This document shows positions 27,471 through 44,400 of a stretch of 64,000 bases of DNA, piece by piece; positions within the stretch are counted from its first letter, which is position 1, and each line of letters begins with the position of its first letter. Made by a program: the position numbers and the translations under genes. The notes under the pieces are model-generated. The model had not been told where the DNA came from, did not search any database, and saw only the letters and a program-made list of their open reading frames with translations. The stretch comes from Octopus vulgaris (Eukaryota), in NCBI GenBank assembly GCA_951406725.2, contig OX597814.1, positions 149,792,001-149,856,000 of the forward strand. Direction: 5' to 3'.

Positions 27471-28677
27471 TTTACACCCAAGTCAGCTGTGTCTTGATCG
27501 TACACATCCTAAATTTTATTATTCCGTCTTAGTTCAGATTGTGTATCTAGGACAATATAATCCAATGTGATTTAGCTGCCGTTTGCAAAAGTTCGAAAAG
27601 ATTGCGTCATTGTCACATCCACTCGATGTAATCAATGTAATGTTTTGTGTCACCAAACCATATTTGCCAAGCTCTCTTTGGTGATGCTGTTTACAGCGGT
27701 GAACTACATCACGTAGTAAATATATTTTCAACTAAGTCGGTTTGTTTATTGACATACAAATACCTAGGCCAAGAACAAGGATGAGGGAAGACCGCTGAAT
27801 AGGAACCAAGTAAGTTTTGGATGATTATTCTGGTAATTCAATGATTCCCCCCCCCCTTCAAGGCTTTTCAATAAGGTGAACAGTAGTGGAGAAAAAAAGA
27901 ATGAAAGAAAATTATCTAAATTGACAGATGCCATTAATGTAATTCGAAATCAGGACCATAGAACTCAGATGTTTGTGTTTTGAAGTCACAAATAAGGAAA
28001 TATCATTAAATGCTAGCAAGCAAATAGCGCAATGACTGAAGAATCAGATGGTACTGACAAAAAGAGGAGAAGGAAGAGAAAGATATTGAGAAAGAAGAAA
28101 AAACAAACAGCAATGTGTGTGAGCGTGAAGAGAGAGGGGGCTGAGAGAAAGGAAAGGAGGGAAAAAGTGAGATTGATATGAAAAGAGAACAAAATTTTTA
28201 TACATCAGTGTACAGAATTAACAAGCTCCACAACCAAATGCCTCAAACAATTAATCAGCTAACCAAAATATCTTAGATTTATGTGTATATGCATGTATGC
28301 ATATCTATGCATATAAAGACACGTGAACACACACACACACTTATGTATATGCATATGTGTATGTGTATATATATATATAAAACAATTATATTTGTAATTA
28401 AATTACTTGGCAGGTAGGTGTCGGTTACATGCTTTCTGCTTTCATTAATGTGTGTGAGTGTGTTTGTGTGTATGTATGTGTATATAAGTGTGTGTTAGAA
28501 TACTATACACATGTGAACATATATTTGAATCAAGCATTCAGTCGTGAACTCCTGATCAAATGTATGCATGTATGTGTATAGTGTTCTCATATATATATAT
28601 ATATGTGTGTGTGTGAGTTGTGTGTGTGTGTGTGTGTATGCATGTGTATGTGTATGCGTGTGTGTGTATGTGTATGC

Positions 28678-28709
<32 letters not shown>

Positions 28710-30119
28710 GTATGCATGTATGTATGTATGTATGTATATGCACGTATGTATGTATGCATTAATGAATACATATAAACATACATATGCGTGTGCATAAGAA
28801 GTGAAAGAGAGAGAGCATACAAGAACGATTGTCTTCTTAATACAAAAACTAATCTATAAAGAAAATCAAACTGCTGAAGATAAGATCTTAATAAAATATC
28901 TAACAGATGAGAAGATTCTGCAGGAAAAAAAAAACAATAGTAAGATTTTTGTGTTTTATTTGCAAGAACTTTCGTATTTCCAGTAGTTTTTATGAATAGA
29001 TTCTATTATACATTCCAACAAGAATCGGACTCTACTGCCCATTTGGACTCTGATCCTGAGAAGCATTCAGATGTGAACGATGACATGAATGATGAGATAT
29101 TTGGTTCAGTATTTCAAAATATTTCAAAGCTTCTCGGCGGTCTGAAGAAGAATGTCGAAACAGTTCAACAAATCCTTTTATACAACATCCTTGTTATTCA
29201 TTAGACATTTCTCTTAAAGAATTTATCAGATTTATATGCCTAATAATTCGATTTATGTTTATTAAGGAACTGGTGATGAAATTGGGTATGTTGGAGTAGG
29301 AAGCGAAATAATAATAATAATACCAACAACAACAGCAACAACAATAATAATAATAATAGTATTCATAGAAAATAAAAATGGACGATGGCACAAGAGTAAA
29401 TGTAAACATGACTCGTTTTATTTCAGAGTTCAGTATGAATAATTAATCCAAACAATTCTCAAGACTTAGCGGAGTGGCGTCTTTTTAAATAGGGTCTATT
29501 TGTTTGCCGCAGATAAAAGAGCGAAGGGCTTGTTAATGGCGCATGCCTAAACTGACAAGTAGGAACATTTATTTTATTCTCTTTTATTATATTCTTACAA
29601 TTGTCTTTCTTTTTTTTTTTGATGTTGTAGTGGTAGTGATGTGGGTGGCGGTAAGAGGATTGGTTTCTTTGGAATTCATCATCTTCGAGGACGGATCACT
29701 ATTGTTCCATTCCTTTGTATGTTTGACTAAGAAATCATGGAGATTGTTGTGGAATATTTTGTTGGGGAAAGCAACACAAACTGTGATATCAACGTATTAT
29801 TGTCCATAAAATATCACATATCAGAGATTACTACAAATAGTCACTATTGTTAGCATTCACAGATAAATTATACATGTACATATTTGTGTGTATGTATGTG
29901 TGTATATATGCACGTATATATGCATATATGAATATGTGTATGTGCGAGTATGTGTGTTTGGATTGTTACGTTTTGTATATTAATGATGTGGACTGTCGAT
30001 AAAGTATGTTTCACTGAGTTATTCAAAGAACCCTGATGTGTATGCGTATATGTGTATGCTTGTATTGATTTATTGATCAATTGATTGGAAATGATATGAT
30101 ATTCAAGCCGAACATAAGA

Positions 30120-32800
<2,681 letters not shown>

Positions 32801-33028
32801 AGCATGTGTGTAGAAGTTATGAGGGGTAATGGTGTCAATATGACCCAAAGGTGTCAAGTAATGCTGAGTAAGTGCTATAGTTATGCGCCAGGTTCAGTGA
32901 TTATGCGACTAAGGAGTCCAACGTAGGTCATATATCAGCATGTGTATATATAAAAATTTTTACTTTTTTCAGAATGAGATAAAAAAAAAAAGCTAAATCT
33001 GTGAAGATTTTAGAACATTTATCAATAG

Positions 33029-33076
33029 GTCTTATGGCTGTTTCCGGGATATTTTTTATATCCTTTCATCGGAGAC
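33029..33076 (-). ncRNA. Minimal hammerhead motif, CCGAUGA variant, same family as 10898-10949
   Basis: gucu-CCGAUGA-aaggauau..auaucccg-GAAA-CAGCCA-UA-agac. The flanks are homologous to ~10850-10980. Confidence 0.6.
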
Positions 33077-33156
33077 GGTGTGAGAAAATGGTTAAGCAAA
33101 TCTCTCTCTTTCTATATATATATTAATCAAAATAAAAACATGATGCCAAGGATTCA

Positions 33157-33234
33157 GCGGTACATATGTTTCGGGCCTTTATTAGATGGATTTATAACAA
33201 TGCATAATGTGTGTCTATGGCCTTCTTCAGCCGC
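33157..33234 (-). ncRNA. Type-I hammerhead ribozyme motif with a fully canonical core
   Basis: gcgg-CUGAAGA-a-ggcc...ggcc-c-GAAA-CAUAUG-UA-ccgc. Stem I is gcgg/ccgc, stem III is the palindrome ACAUAUGU, and the cleavage triplet is GUA. Confidence 0.78.
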
Positions 33235-33452
33235 GCACAATTAGTGTTTCAAGGACATGCATTACATCAAAAATTCTACGTTAGGAATGCAAATCCTCTG
33301 AGTCGCGTATGACATAATGCGGGTACCGCTGAATCCTTGGCATCATGTCTTTATTTTGATTTATTTACTCCACCACCTACACCACCAAACGGTATATACA
33401 GGTGCTTACAATTATCAAGTACTCACCCTGAATTTATATATATATATATATA

Positions 33453-33566
33453 AAATTGCAGTGTTGAAAGTGTTTATAAGCCACTTGAAAACACAAAAAC
33501 CGTTAGATTCACTTCAACGGTTTTTGTGTTTTTAAATGGCTTATAAACACATTCCACGCTGTAATT
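33453..33566. repeat. Imperfect hairpin with ~50-bp arms and an 11-nt loop
   Basis: gtgtttataagccacttgaaaacacaaaaaccgtt-agattcacttc-aacggtttttgtgtttttaaatggcttataaacac. Confidence 0.9.
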
Positions 33567-33627
33567 GTTTTTTGTTTCAGCACACGATCTCAGATCATGT
33601 CACTTGCTTTGCAAGTACATCTTCGTA

Positions 33628-33715
<88 letters not shown>

Positions 33716-34675
33716 ACATTATTATGTTAATATATAAGTGTTCGTTATGCATGTATGCATATCTGTGTATGTAGATATGCATGTAGACATATTGATCATA
33801 TATGGTAAAACAGTACTAATGAACGTTGTGGACTCTTTTAGACTTGTGACGACGGAAATACTGATGCTCAGTTTGACCTTCTCTATTTAAAATACATAGG
33901 CTGAGTAATATAGCAGAAAGAGAATTCCACAACGATCCAAAGCTGGGGATGAACAATTGTGGAGAAATCATTTTTTTTAAAGAATAGGTGCAGTAAATAA
34001 TGAAAATAGTAGACGAAATGGACGAATCAGTTGGATTTGGACGACGATGCTGCGCTATTTTTTAATTGGAAAATAAAAAAAGAATGCGGCATGACAGTCT
34101 GTGGACGAGTGGGAGAGGTAGAGGGAGAGAGAAAGAGAAAGAGAGAGAGGGCAGTGTTCAGAGACAGGGAGATGGGAAGAGAGACACAGACAAACAGAGA
34201 AAGACAAAGAGTGATAGTCGTGATGTTCAAACCTTGGCAAAGTTATTTAACGACGAAGAGTGACAGCGACGAGGTGAGTTTTGGGTATTGTCTAGGATGT
34301 TAACGAATGCAGCAGCTATACTGTTTGACACATGAGAACAGTTCTAATATGAGTTTTTCTAGAATCAGTAACTTATGAGGACTGAAATATTTTGCCATCA
34401 CTCGAAGGAAAAAAATCCTTGCGTCTTGGGATGCTGATTGTGTAATGTTACAGATACGAAGATGACTTGAGGGAGAATGTTAAGTAGGTCTTGCATAAAT
34501 CCACGAAGAATCAAAATGCCTAAGAGTTTGATGCTGATAGGACCTAGCTCCAGGATGCTCTACCGGAGAGTAACAGTAAGGACATCCCTATGGTCAGTCA
34601 CTTTATTTCATAGGTGAGATCAAAGAAATATGAATTGCCTCTGTGGGTTACAAAATACATTATACTCTACAGCAT

Positions 34676-34707
34676 TTATCCCACTACAATATATTGTAGT
34701 GGGATAA
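34676..34707. repeat. Perfect 32-bp palindrome
   Basis: ttatcccactacaata|tattgtagtgggataa. Confidence 0.95.
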
Positions 34708-34877
34708 CCCGCAATTTTTTTATAAACATGAACTTTTTTATAAACATGAATTAATACCTACATTTGTAACCATTAATTGACTAGGTAAATAAACACACAC
34801 ACACACACACACACAAACACACACGCACATACAAACACAAAGAAATTCATACATATATACACACATTCATACATATA

Positions 34878-35488
34878 TTGGGTATCCCATAAATAATGCG
34901 GTTTTTAAAATATTTTTTAATTTTTTATACTTATTTTATTTTTCAAAAAAAAGATAAACAAAGATCTTTTTTTTAATCTAAGGTATACTCTACTTCATTT
35001 TCTACAATGCTCTTCCATCTATCTGATAGATTTGCAAGACCCTCTTCTAAAATACACTTGTCCGTGACGAAAAATACTCCTCCAGTACTGTTCTGACCTC
35101 GTTTACAGATTTCATATTTTTTCCGTCCAAATGATTTTGAAGACTGCGGAATAAATGATAATCAGATGGGACAATGTCCGTTGAATATGGTGGGTGGTGC
35201 ATAGTTTCCCATTCAAGCTGCTCCAGCCTTTGGAATGTCGTCCTTGCTGTATGAGGCTGATGGAAGAACAACTTAAGCCGTTCAAGCTGCTCGTAGTAGG
35301 TCTTCTTTGTTATCGTTTAGTTTGGATTTAAAAGTTCAGTGTGGACTAAACCTTTCATTTCCCACGAAACAGATAACAACATTTTACGTGGGTCGTGCTT
35401 TTATAGAAATTTGATGCAGGTGGGTTATCTCCTCCGACTTTTAGTTCATGCAATTGAAAAACCGCATTATTTATGCGATGACCCGACA
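34878..35488 (-). mobile_element. Internally deleted mariner (Tc1/mariner) element with both TIRs
   Basis: The left TIR ttgggtatcccataaataatgcggtttt and right TIR aaaaccgcattatttatgcgatgacccga are flanked by TA. The remnant PHTARTTFQRLEQLEWETMHHPPYSTDIVPSDYHLFRSLQNHLDGK...RWKSIVENEVEY is a mariner transposase C-terminus. Confidence 0.92.
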
Positions 35489-35879
35489 TATGTATGTATG
35501 TCTATATATATATATATATATAGTGGTCTTGCTAACCTGTACTTTCGCTTATGTGCTCATGGGTCTTCGGGCAAGTTACCACTCTTCTATGATATTGATT
35601 ACTCTTCCTTCTGCCAGTTAACACCGAACGTGTGCATGTATGTGTGTGTGTGTATGAGAGAGAGAAGAATATCCGAATATTTCTTGAGAGCAATATCGAC
35701 TTCACTCGAGGAATAACATCATGAAGCGATAATGGTTTCAGCTTTTGTGCAGCCTAGTTATTACTCTCCGAAGATAGCTGAACTCGAATTTGTATATTGT
35801 CTTGTATACATCCAGGTCTTGATTTGTTCAACTAGAGGTATTAGTTATCTAAGAAACCTGTCTGTAATCATTCAAAGTG

Positions 35880-36330
35880 TTAAAAATAGCAGCCAAATTT
35901 CTCTCAAAGCCCAATTTTACTGTTTCGTAATGGCTTAGGAGAATTTAGATTACGTAATCCAACATACCAGGAAAATGGCGCAATTACAACGGCTGAAACT
36001 CTTTTCATCATAGGTCTACCCGAGCAAAAACAAATACCACAACTACTACCATCACAATCATCATCACCAACATCAACAACATATAAGAAGCCAACGATGG
36101 AACCGTTGTGTAGTCGCATATTCTGTGAGCAATAGCAGCCGATTTCCCTCAAATTTCACCTTATTGTCATGGTATAATGTAGTCTTACATACACTATGCT
36201 TGAAAAAAAATCTGTTTTACATTAATTTTATTTGATTTTGTTTTTGTTTATGCTTTTTTTTTCTGGTCTGTAATGTCTTTCATCAAAGGTCTGTTGAACC
36301 AAGCCTGACCTGAGGCTAAACAACAACGGC
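35880..36330 (+). mobile_element. Two old copies of repeat family D
   Basis: aatagcagcc...ctcaaa...ctttcatca(t/a)aggtct...gacctgaggctaaacaacaac. Confidence 0.55.
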
Positions 36331-37033
36331 CACCATTAAAATTATAGAACTCAACATGTTTCGCAGTATTAGATTGATATTTCTATCGGCTATAGCGTAT
36401 TTATACTAAATTCAAATATAGTAAAAATGTATTAACAAACCTAAAAATAGTCTTTTGTTACAGAAATAACTTTGGACTCATTGAATTCTTGTTTCGTTTA
36501 TTTGTTTTTTATGTGCATTTGTGTATCTGTGATGTTTGTTTTTGTTCATTTTTATATACATATTTTATTCATCTTACTTTTATATGTTGACTATGCAAGC
36601 AACGGATTCACCTTTTGTTAAACATATTAATTTTAACTCTAATGTTAAACATTATACCAAAGGTGGAGATGTCCGTGTATATGAGATTATTTCTGTGCAT
36701 GTGTATGTGTGCGTGTGTACGAGTGTATATAGATGTGTACACGTTCTTGTATGTTTCAGTGTGTGTAAGTATTTTGTGCTTGAAAATTTTCAGACTGTGT
36801 ATGAAAGAGTATTTCAGTGAATGTTTAAATGTCTTTATGTGTTCAAGTGTGGGTTGTATGTGTGAATACATGTATTGAAATGTCCTTTATATTACATTTG
36901 TGTGTCTGTGTTGTGTAGGTGAGTGTAAATATATATAAGTGTGTGTATGTATTTGTGTGTATGTATGCATTTGCATGTATGTTTCTATGTATATATACAT
37001 ATGTTTATATATATATATGTGTGTATATGTATA

Positions 37034-37078
<45 letters not shown>

Positions 37079-38299
37079 GTATGTATGCATTTATGTATAT
37101 GTGTCTGTATATATGTATATATATATATGTGTGTGTATGTGTATATATGTATATATATGTGTGTGTATATGTGTATATATATATATTGTATGTATGTATA
37201 TATATATATATGTATATATAAGAGGAGGGTGCCTCGGTTTTGTGTCGGCAATTATATGTGCCTGGATGTGACTATGTTCAAGTGCGCGTGTGTATCCTAT
37301 ATATTGAAGTGAATAAGAGTGTATTTTCCCTCCATGTGTAAGAATGTATGTAATACTTTGAGTATGTTTATGTGTCCCTGTTTGTATATGTGCATTTGTG
37401 TGAGGGCGGCGGCCATAGAAAGACAGTGAATTAGCTTGTATATACTTATGTATCAGTGTGTGATTATGGACGCTCGAATTCTTTCGGGTGTGGCTAGTTT
37501 TATGTGTGTGGCTGTTTGTGTGTGTGTGTATGTGTGTGTGTAGGCGTGTGCGCGTCCAGTTGCCTGTATATTTGTGTTTTCTGTCTTCATTTCGGCATAT
37601 GTGTATGTCTCGCACTGTATGTAATATGATGTATGTATGCGTGTATGCATTTGAGTTTGTGTCTGAACAAGTGCGTGGATATCAGATGGTTTTAGGTGTA
37701 TATAACAATATGTATGTAAGGATGTGCATATATATGTATGTGTGTGAGTATGTGTGTATGTGTATATATATATATATGTGTACATTTATAATATATATAA
37801 AATATATATATATATATATACTACATATAAATATATATATATATATATGTTTAATACATAAGATATATATATCTATATGTATATATGTATGTATATATGC
37901 ATATGTCTTCGTGTATGTGCTATGCATACATATATATATGTGTGTTTGTGTGTATATGTGTGTGAGTGTGTATATATGTGGGTGTGTATGTGCGTTTGTG
38001 TATGTGTTTCTATGTCTGTGTTTACTTCGAATGCTTCGATGTGCGTGTATCTAGCTATATGTGCCTGTGTTTATCAACGTGTGCGGGTGAGAAAGAGACA
38101 GACAAACAGACAGGCAGACAGGCAGGCAGGCAGACATACAGAGACAGAGTATGTGTTTGCGTGCGCGTACATGGGTGCAGGTAGAGATGTGAGTGTTCGC
38201 ATTTTAAATCTGAATTTGTGCGCAAGTTTGTATGTTAGTGTGGAAGAGAGAGAGAGAGAGAGTGAGACAGAGACAGACAGACAGATACAGACAGAGCGA

Positions 38300-38331
<32 letters not shown>

Positions 38332-38347
38332 AGGAAAGAAAGAAAGT

Positions 38348-38379
<32 letters not shown>

Positions 38380-38562
38380 ATGTGTGTAAAGAATGAAAGA
38401 AAGAAAGAAAGAAAGAAAAAGAGAATGTGTGCGTATATGTGTATGTATGGTTCGGTGTGTGTATATATATATATAAAAATCTATGCAAGTATGATAGAGA
38501 TTGCATGCATGATCCTGTATTGGTTAGTGTGCAAGTCATCAGGCGTCTCTACATGTGTGTGT

Positions 38563-38955
38563 GAGTGATTGTGTAATTGTGTGTGCGTGTGAATAATTGT
38601 GTGCGTGTGTGAGTGCATGTTTGAGTGATTGTCTGTATGTATGAGTGTGCACGAATGATAGTGTGTGTGTGCGTGTGAGTGCGTGTGAGTGATTGTGTGT
38701 GTGAGTGTGAGTGCGTGTGAGTGATTGTGTGTGTGAGCTATTCTGTGTATGAGTGATTTGTAATTGTGTGTGCGTGTGAATAATTGTGTGCGTGTGCGTG
38801 TGTGAGTGCATGTTTGAGTGATTGTGTGTATGTATGAGTGTGCACGAGTGATAGTGTGTGTGTGCGTGTGAGTGCGCGTGAGTGATTGTGTGTGTGTGCG
38901 TGTGAGTGCGTGTGAGTGATTGTGTGTGTGTACGTGTGAGTGTGTGAGAGCTATT
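38563..38955. repeat. Higher-order tandem duplication (~190-200 bp x2) built from gagtgat(t/a)gtg(tg)n monomers
   Basis: The diagnostic order taattgtg-gaataattg-gcatgtttg-gcacga-gatag-gagctatt occurs in 38563-38750 and again in 38751-38955. Confidence 0.85.
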
Positions 38956-39479
38956 GTGTGTGTGTGAGTGTGAGTGAGTGATTGTGTGTGTGAGCTTTTG
39001 TGTGTGTGTGTGTGTGTGAGTGACTGTGTGTGTGTTTGTGAGTGAGACAGAGAGTGAATGTACATGTATGCATGTGCATGCCTATATGTGTATTTGTTTT
39101 GATGTGTGCGTATAATCCTGTGCGTTGAAATTTGTGATTATTTTCATGCATGTATGTATATGTGTGCATATATATATATATATGTATGACTGGACGTTTG
39201 ATTTCAAATGCATATACATGTGTGTAAGTTTATACGTGAATAGCTTTGTGGCTGTACGCATGTATTTGTGTGCATGTACATGTGTATCAGTTTGTGTGTG
39301 TGTGTGTGTATGCGTGTGTATATGTGTGTGTGTGCTTGCATGTGTGTGAGCTGCCTGTGTTAAAACCAATTCTCGTATTCAATAAAAGATAAAAGCTTGT
39401 CAAAACTTAAAGCTACACACAAAACAAAAAAATTCTCTGCGATGACATCCAAAGGATTCGTGATAAACCACAAAGCGCT

Positions 39480-39825
<346 letters not shown>

Positions 39826-40863
39826 TAGGATTGTGTCTCCTTGTATGTATATGTCTGATTTTATTGCTAGTGCGTACACAAATATGCACAAGAGTCCATG
39901 CTTCCGTGTGTGTGTATGTATGTATGTCCATGTGTGTGTATGTCATTAAATGATTGTGTGTGTTTGTGTTTAACACTAATTTTACGCTTCATGATGTGTG
40001 TATCGCAAGAAACATATATTTGATGTTGTTGTTGTTTTGACGCTGTTCCCGTGTGTGTATGTATATGCATGTGTGCATACGTGAACTTGTATTGGTCTCC
40101 ATGTATGTGTCTTCGTCTATATGTAAATCACCTTCCATTTGTGAATTGCTCGGATGAAGTGCTTGTGCACACGTGCTAATCTCTGCATGTATATATGTGT
40201 GCATGGGCGAATATGTATAAGTGCTGTCCTGAAAATTGCAACACTTGTAAGGAATGTGAATGTGTGCGCATATGCCTAAAACTACATGCAATAACACATA
40301 AATATGATCATGAATGCATGCTTTTTCTTTTTGTAAGATGCATGTGTTATCGAGTAAAATGAACGGTACTGTCTGAACAGATAACTCTATACATTAAAAG
40401 AGATAACTCGACACACTAACAGTATTAGTTAATATTAGATATCTTCTACAGAATTACTACTGAGTGTCTGTACAAAAATTATCATCGAAGCAAGTAATAT
40501 TTTATTTAGAATTATTCTATAGAGCTTAATACAAAATATCATCTGAAAACCAAATCTAAAATGTATACTGAAATCTTTAACTAGTATCAAATATATGATG
40601 ATGTAGCAGTATCTTCTTTAAAATTCCTTATCATGCATAGCATGCAAGGTGAAATAGTTTGGTATACCAACTAAGATGTAGAATTAGATCATTCATGCAA
40701 TGGATGATAACATACACGATGCAAAATATCTCATTGACGATGGTACAATTAACTCAAATATCCAACGACAAAATTATTATTAATGATTTGAGTTGCAAAA
40801 TTCATTTAAATGGAATTGAGAGACGGAAACACTACAGAAGCTTGTCGTGCGTGTGTATGTATG

Positions 40864-40945
<82 letters not shown>

Positions 40946-41004
40946 TAAAGATATATATATGTATGCATGTGTGTATATATATATATATGTGTGCATATAT
41001 ATGT

Positions 41005-41067
<63 letters not shown>

Positions 41068-41069
41068 TC

Positions 41070-41103
41070 TTTTACGTTTCGAGCCTACGCTCTTCCACAG
41101 AAA
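41070..41103 (-). ncRNA. Minimal hammerhead-like motif, CUGUGGA variant, in a Penelope-type fragment (41065-41235) between (TA)n tracts
   Basis: uuu-CUGUGGA-a-gagc-guag-gcuc-GAAA-CG-UA-aaa. Confidence 0.65.
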
Positions 41104-41232
41104 AATACACAGAAAAAAAACAAGGAGAGAAAAAATGCGTGTAGAAGCTAACGATCTACCATGGCGTCTGACTTCGGACACAGAATGGTCAGACGCGAGA
41201 GGGGACAGTAGGGGAGATAACAAGGTCAAGAG

Positions 41233-41296
<64 letters not shown>

Positions 41297-42447
41297 ATCA
41301 ACTATATATTTTAAACAGAGATATGCAGTACATCTCAATTCTTTTAGATACGAGAATCACAGTAAACCCATAATTCTCGCCAGTCACATGCATCATCTTA
41401 AAATAGGAATATTCCATATCATTTATCAAGTTCCATAATAGATTCAGGGCTTCCTAACTGTGGTCAACGATCAGCTTGTAAGTTATGTTTGAAAGAGTCA
41501 TTCCACATATTAAAACATAACTTTTCAATACCACAAAATAAGTATAATGAGGCACTAGGTATATGCAACCACGACTTTTTTCATACCTTCAAATTTTACA
41601 ACAGATCTAAATGCAACCTAAATCATTACATAGCACATATATCGAATAACTCATAGGTAAACTCCAACAACCTTATTTGGCTTTTCAATTTCTTAATTTG
41701 AAAAAATAATTTTGTTTAATAATATATATATACATGTATGATTATGTGTATGGATGCATACGTATACGTATATGTGTGAGTATGTGGTCCTATGTAATAG
41801 TGCATATATAAATTTATATGTATGCGTGTGCGCGTGCACATATAACTATACATATTCTCCTTTCTCTCACTGATTTATCAGTCCCCACTATCACTTTAGC
41901 TAGTACAATCTCTGACTTTATATAAAAATAGACTACGTCTATTTTTTTGAAACTTGACCGTTATATTTTCTTATTCTTTCTTTCCATTTTGAGTTTTACT
42001 ACTAACTTTTAAACCCCTCCGTAACACATTCTTTATCTATCCCTCCACCTTTTTGCTTTCATACATATCACCCCAACTCCCATCTCTCACACATATTCTT
42101 TCTTTACATTCTTAGCTCTTCCTTCTATCCCTCCTCCTATTTCTTCTATCTATTGATACCTCTCCTATCCTCACCCTCTCGGAATATACTGACCACCATC
42201 TAGCACTCCTTTTTCATTTTCACTTTTCCTTTCTTTCTTTCCTTCTTCTTTGCTCACCCAATCCTTTTGACCAATACTATTTTCTTCCTACTAACTCTAT
42301 TTTCTCTATCTAATTATCCCTACCAGTATATTCTTAAAATTTCATTTACACTACAAGATCCCTTCGTATAAACAGCACATGGAATTAATACCTGCACACT
42401 ATCCATTTGTAATTATAAAATATGAACTATCGAAATTTACATACCAT

Positions 42448-42810
42448 GGACAAGAAGCCTTGCTTCCCAACCTCATGGTTCTGGATTCAGTCCCAATGGG
42501 TGGCTTCTTGGCAAGCCTCAGGTCGACCAAAATCCTTGTGAGTGGAAGTGGTAGACGGAAACGGAAAGAAGCTCATCGTATATATGTGTGTTTTCGTGTC
42601 TATGTTTGTCGCCCTATTACTGCTTGACAACCGGTGCAGATATTTTACGTTCCCATCACTTAGCGGTTTGACAAAAAGGCCTGATAAAATCAGTACTAGG
42701 CTTAATATTAATAGTCTTCGGGTCGATTTGTTCGACTTAAAGCCCTTCAAGGTGGTGATCCAGTATGGTCGTAGTGAAATGAATGAAAGAAGTAAAAGAC
42801 CAAAAGAATA
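42448..42810 (+). mobile_element. SINE family B, diverged copy
   Basis: Collinear with the reverse complement of 21596-22003 (ggattcagtccca...ccttgtgagtgga..ggtagacggaaac..tail). Confidence 0.85.
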
Positions 42811-42827
42811 TATATGTATATATATAC

Positions 42828-43323
<496 letters not shown>

Positions 43324-43377
43324 TAGATAGATAGATAGATATACATGTAGAGGTAACGCACGAGTAAGTAGATATTT

Positions 43378-44139
<762 letters not shown>

Positions 44140-44212
44140 TGTGTGTATGTGTGTATATATATATACATATATATAACAAAGTGAAGTCGTAAGATACCGC
44201 ACGAGTGGAAAT

Positions 44213-44277
44213 ATATATGAAAGAAGGTTTGAAAATGCACCTTTTAAAATTGCATTTTCAAACCTTGTTTCATATAT
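44213..44277. repeat. Hairpin with 27-bp arms embedded in (TA)n
   Basis: atatatgaaagaaggtttgaaaatgca-ccttttaaaat-tgcattttcaaaccttgtttcatatat. Confidence 0.9.
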
Positions 44278-44291
44278 ACATATATATGTTG

Positions 44292-44400
<109 letters not shown>

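Noticed and set aside
38563-39050. CRISPR-like repeat-spacer pattern
   Set aside because: The intervening sequences are (TG)n variants, not unique spacers; the context is eukaryotic and no cas genes are present.
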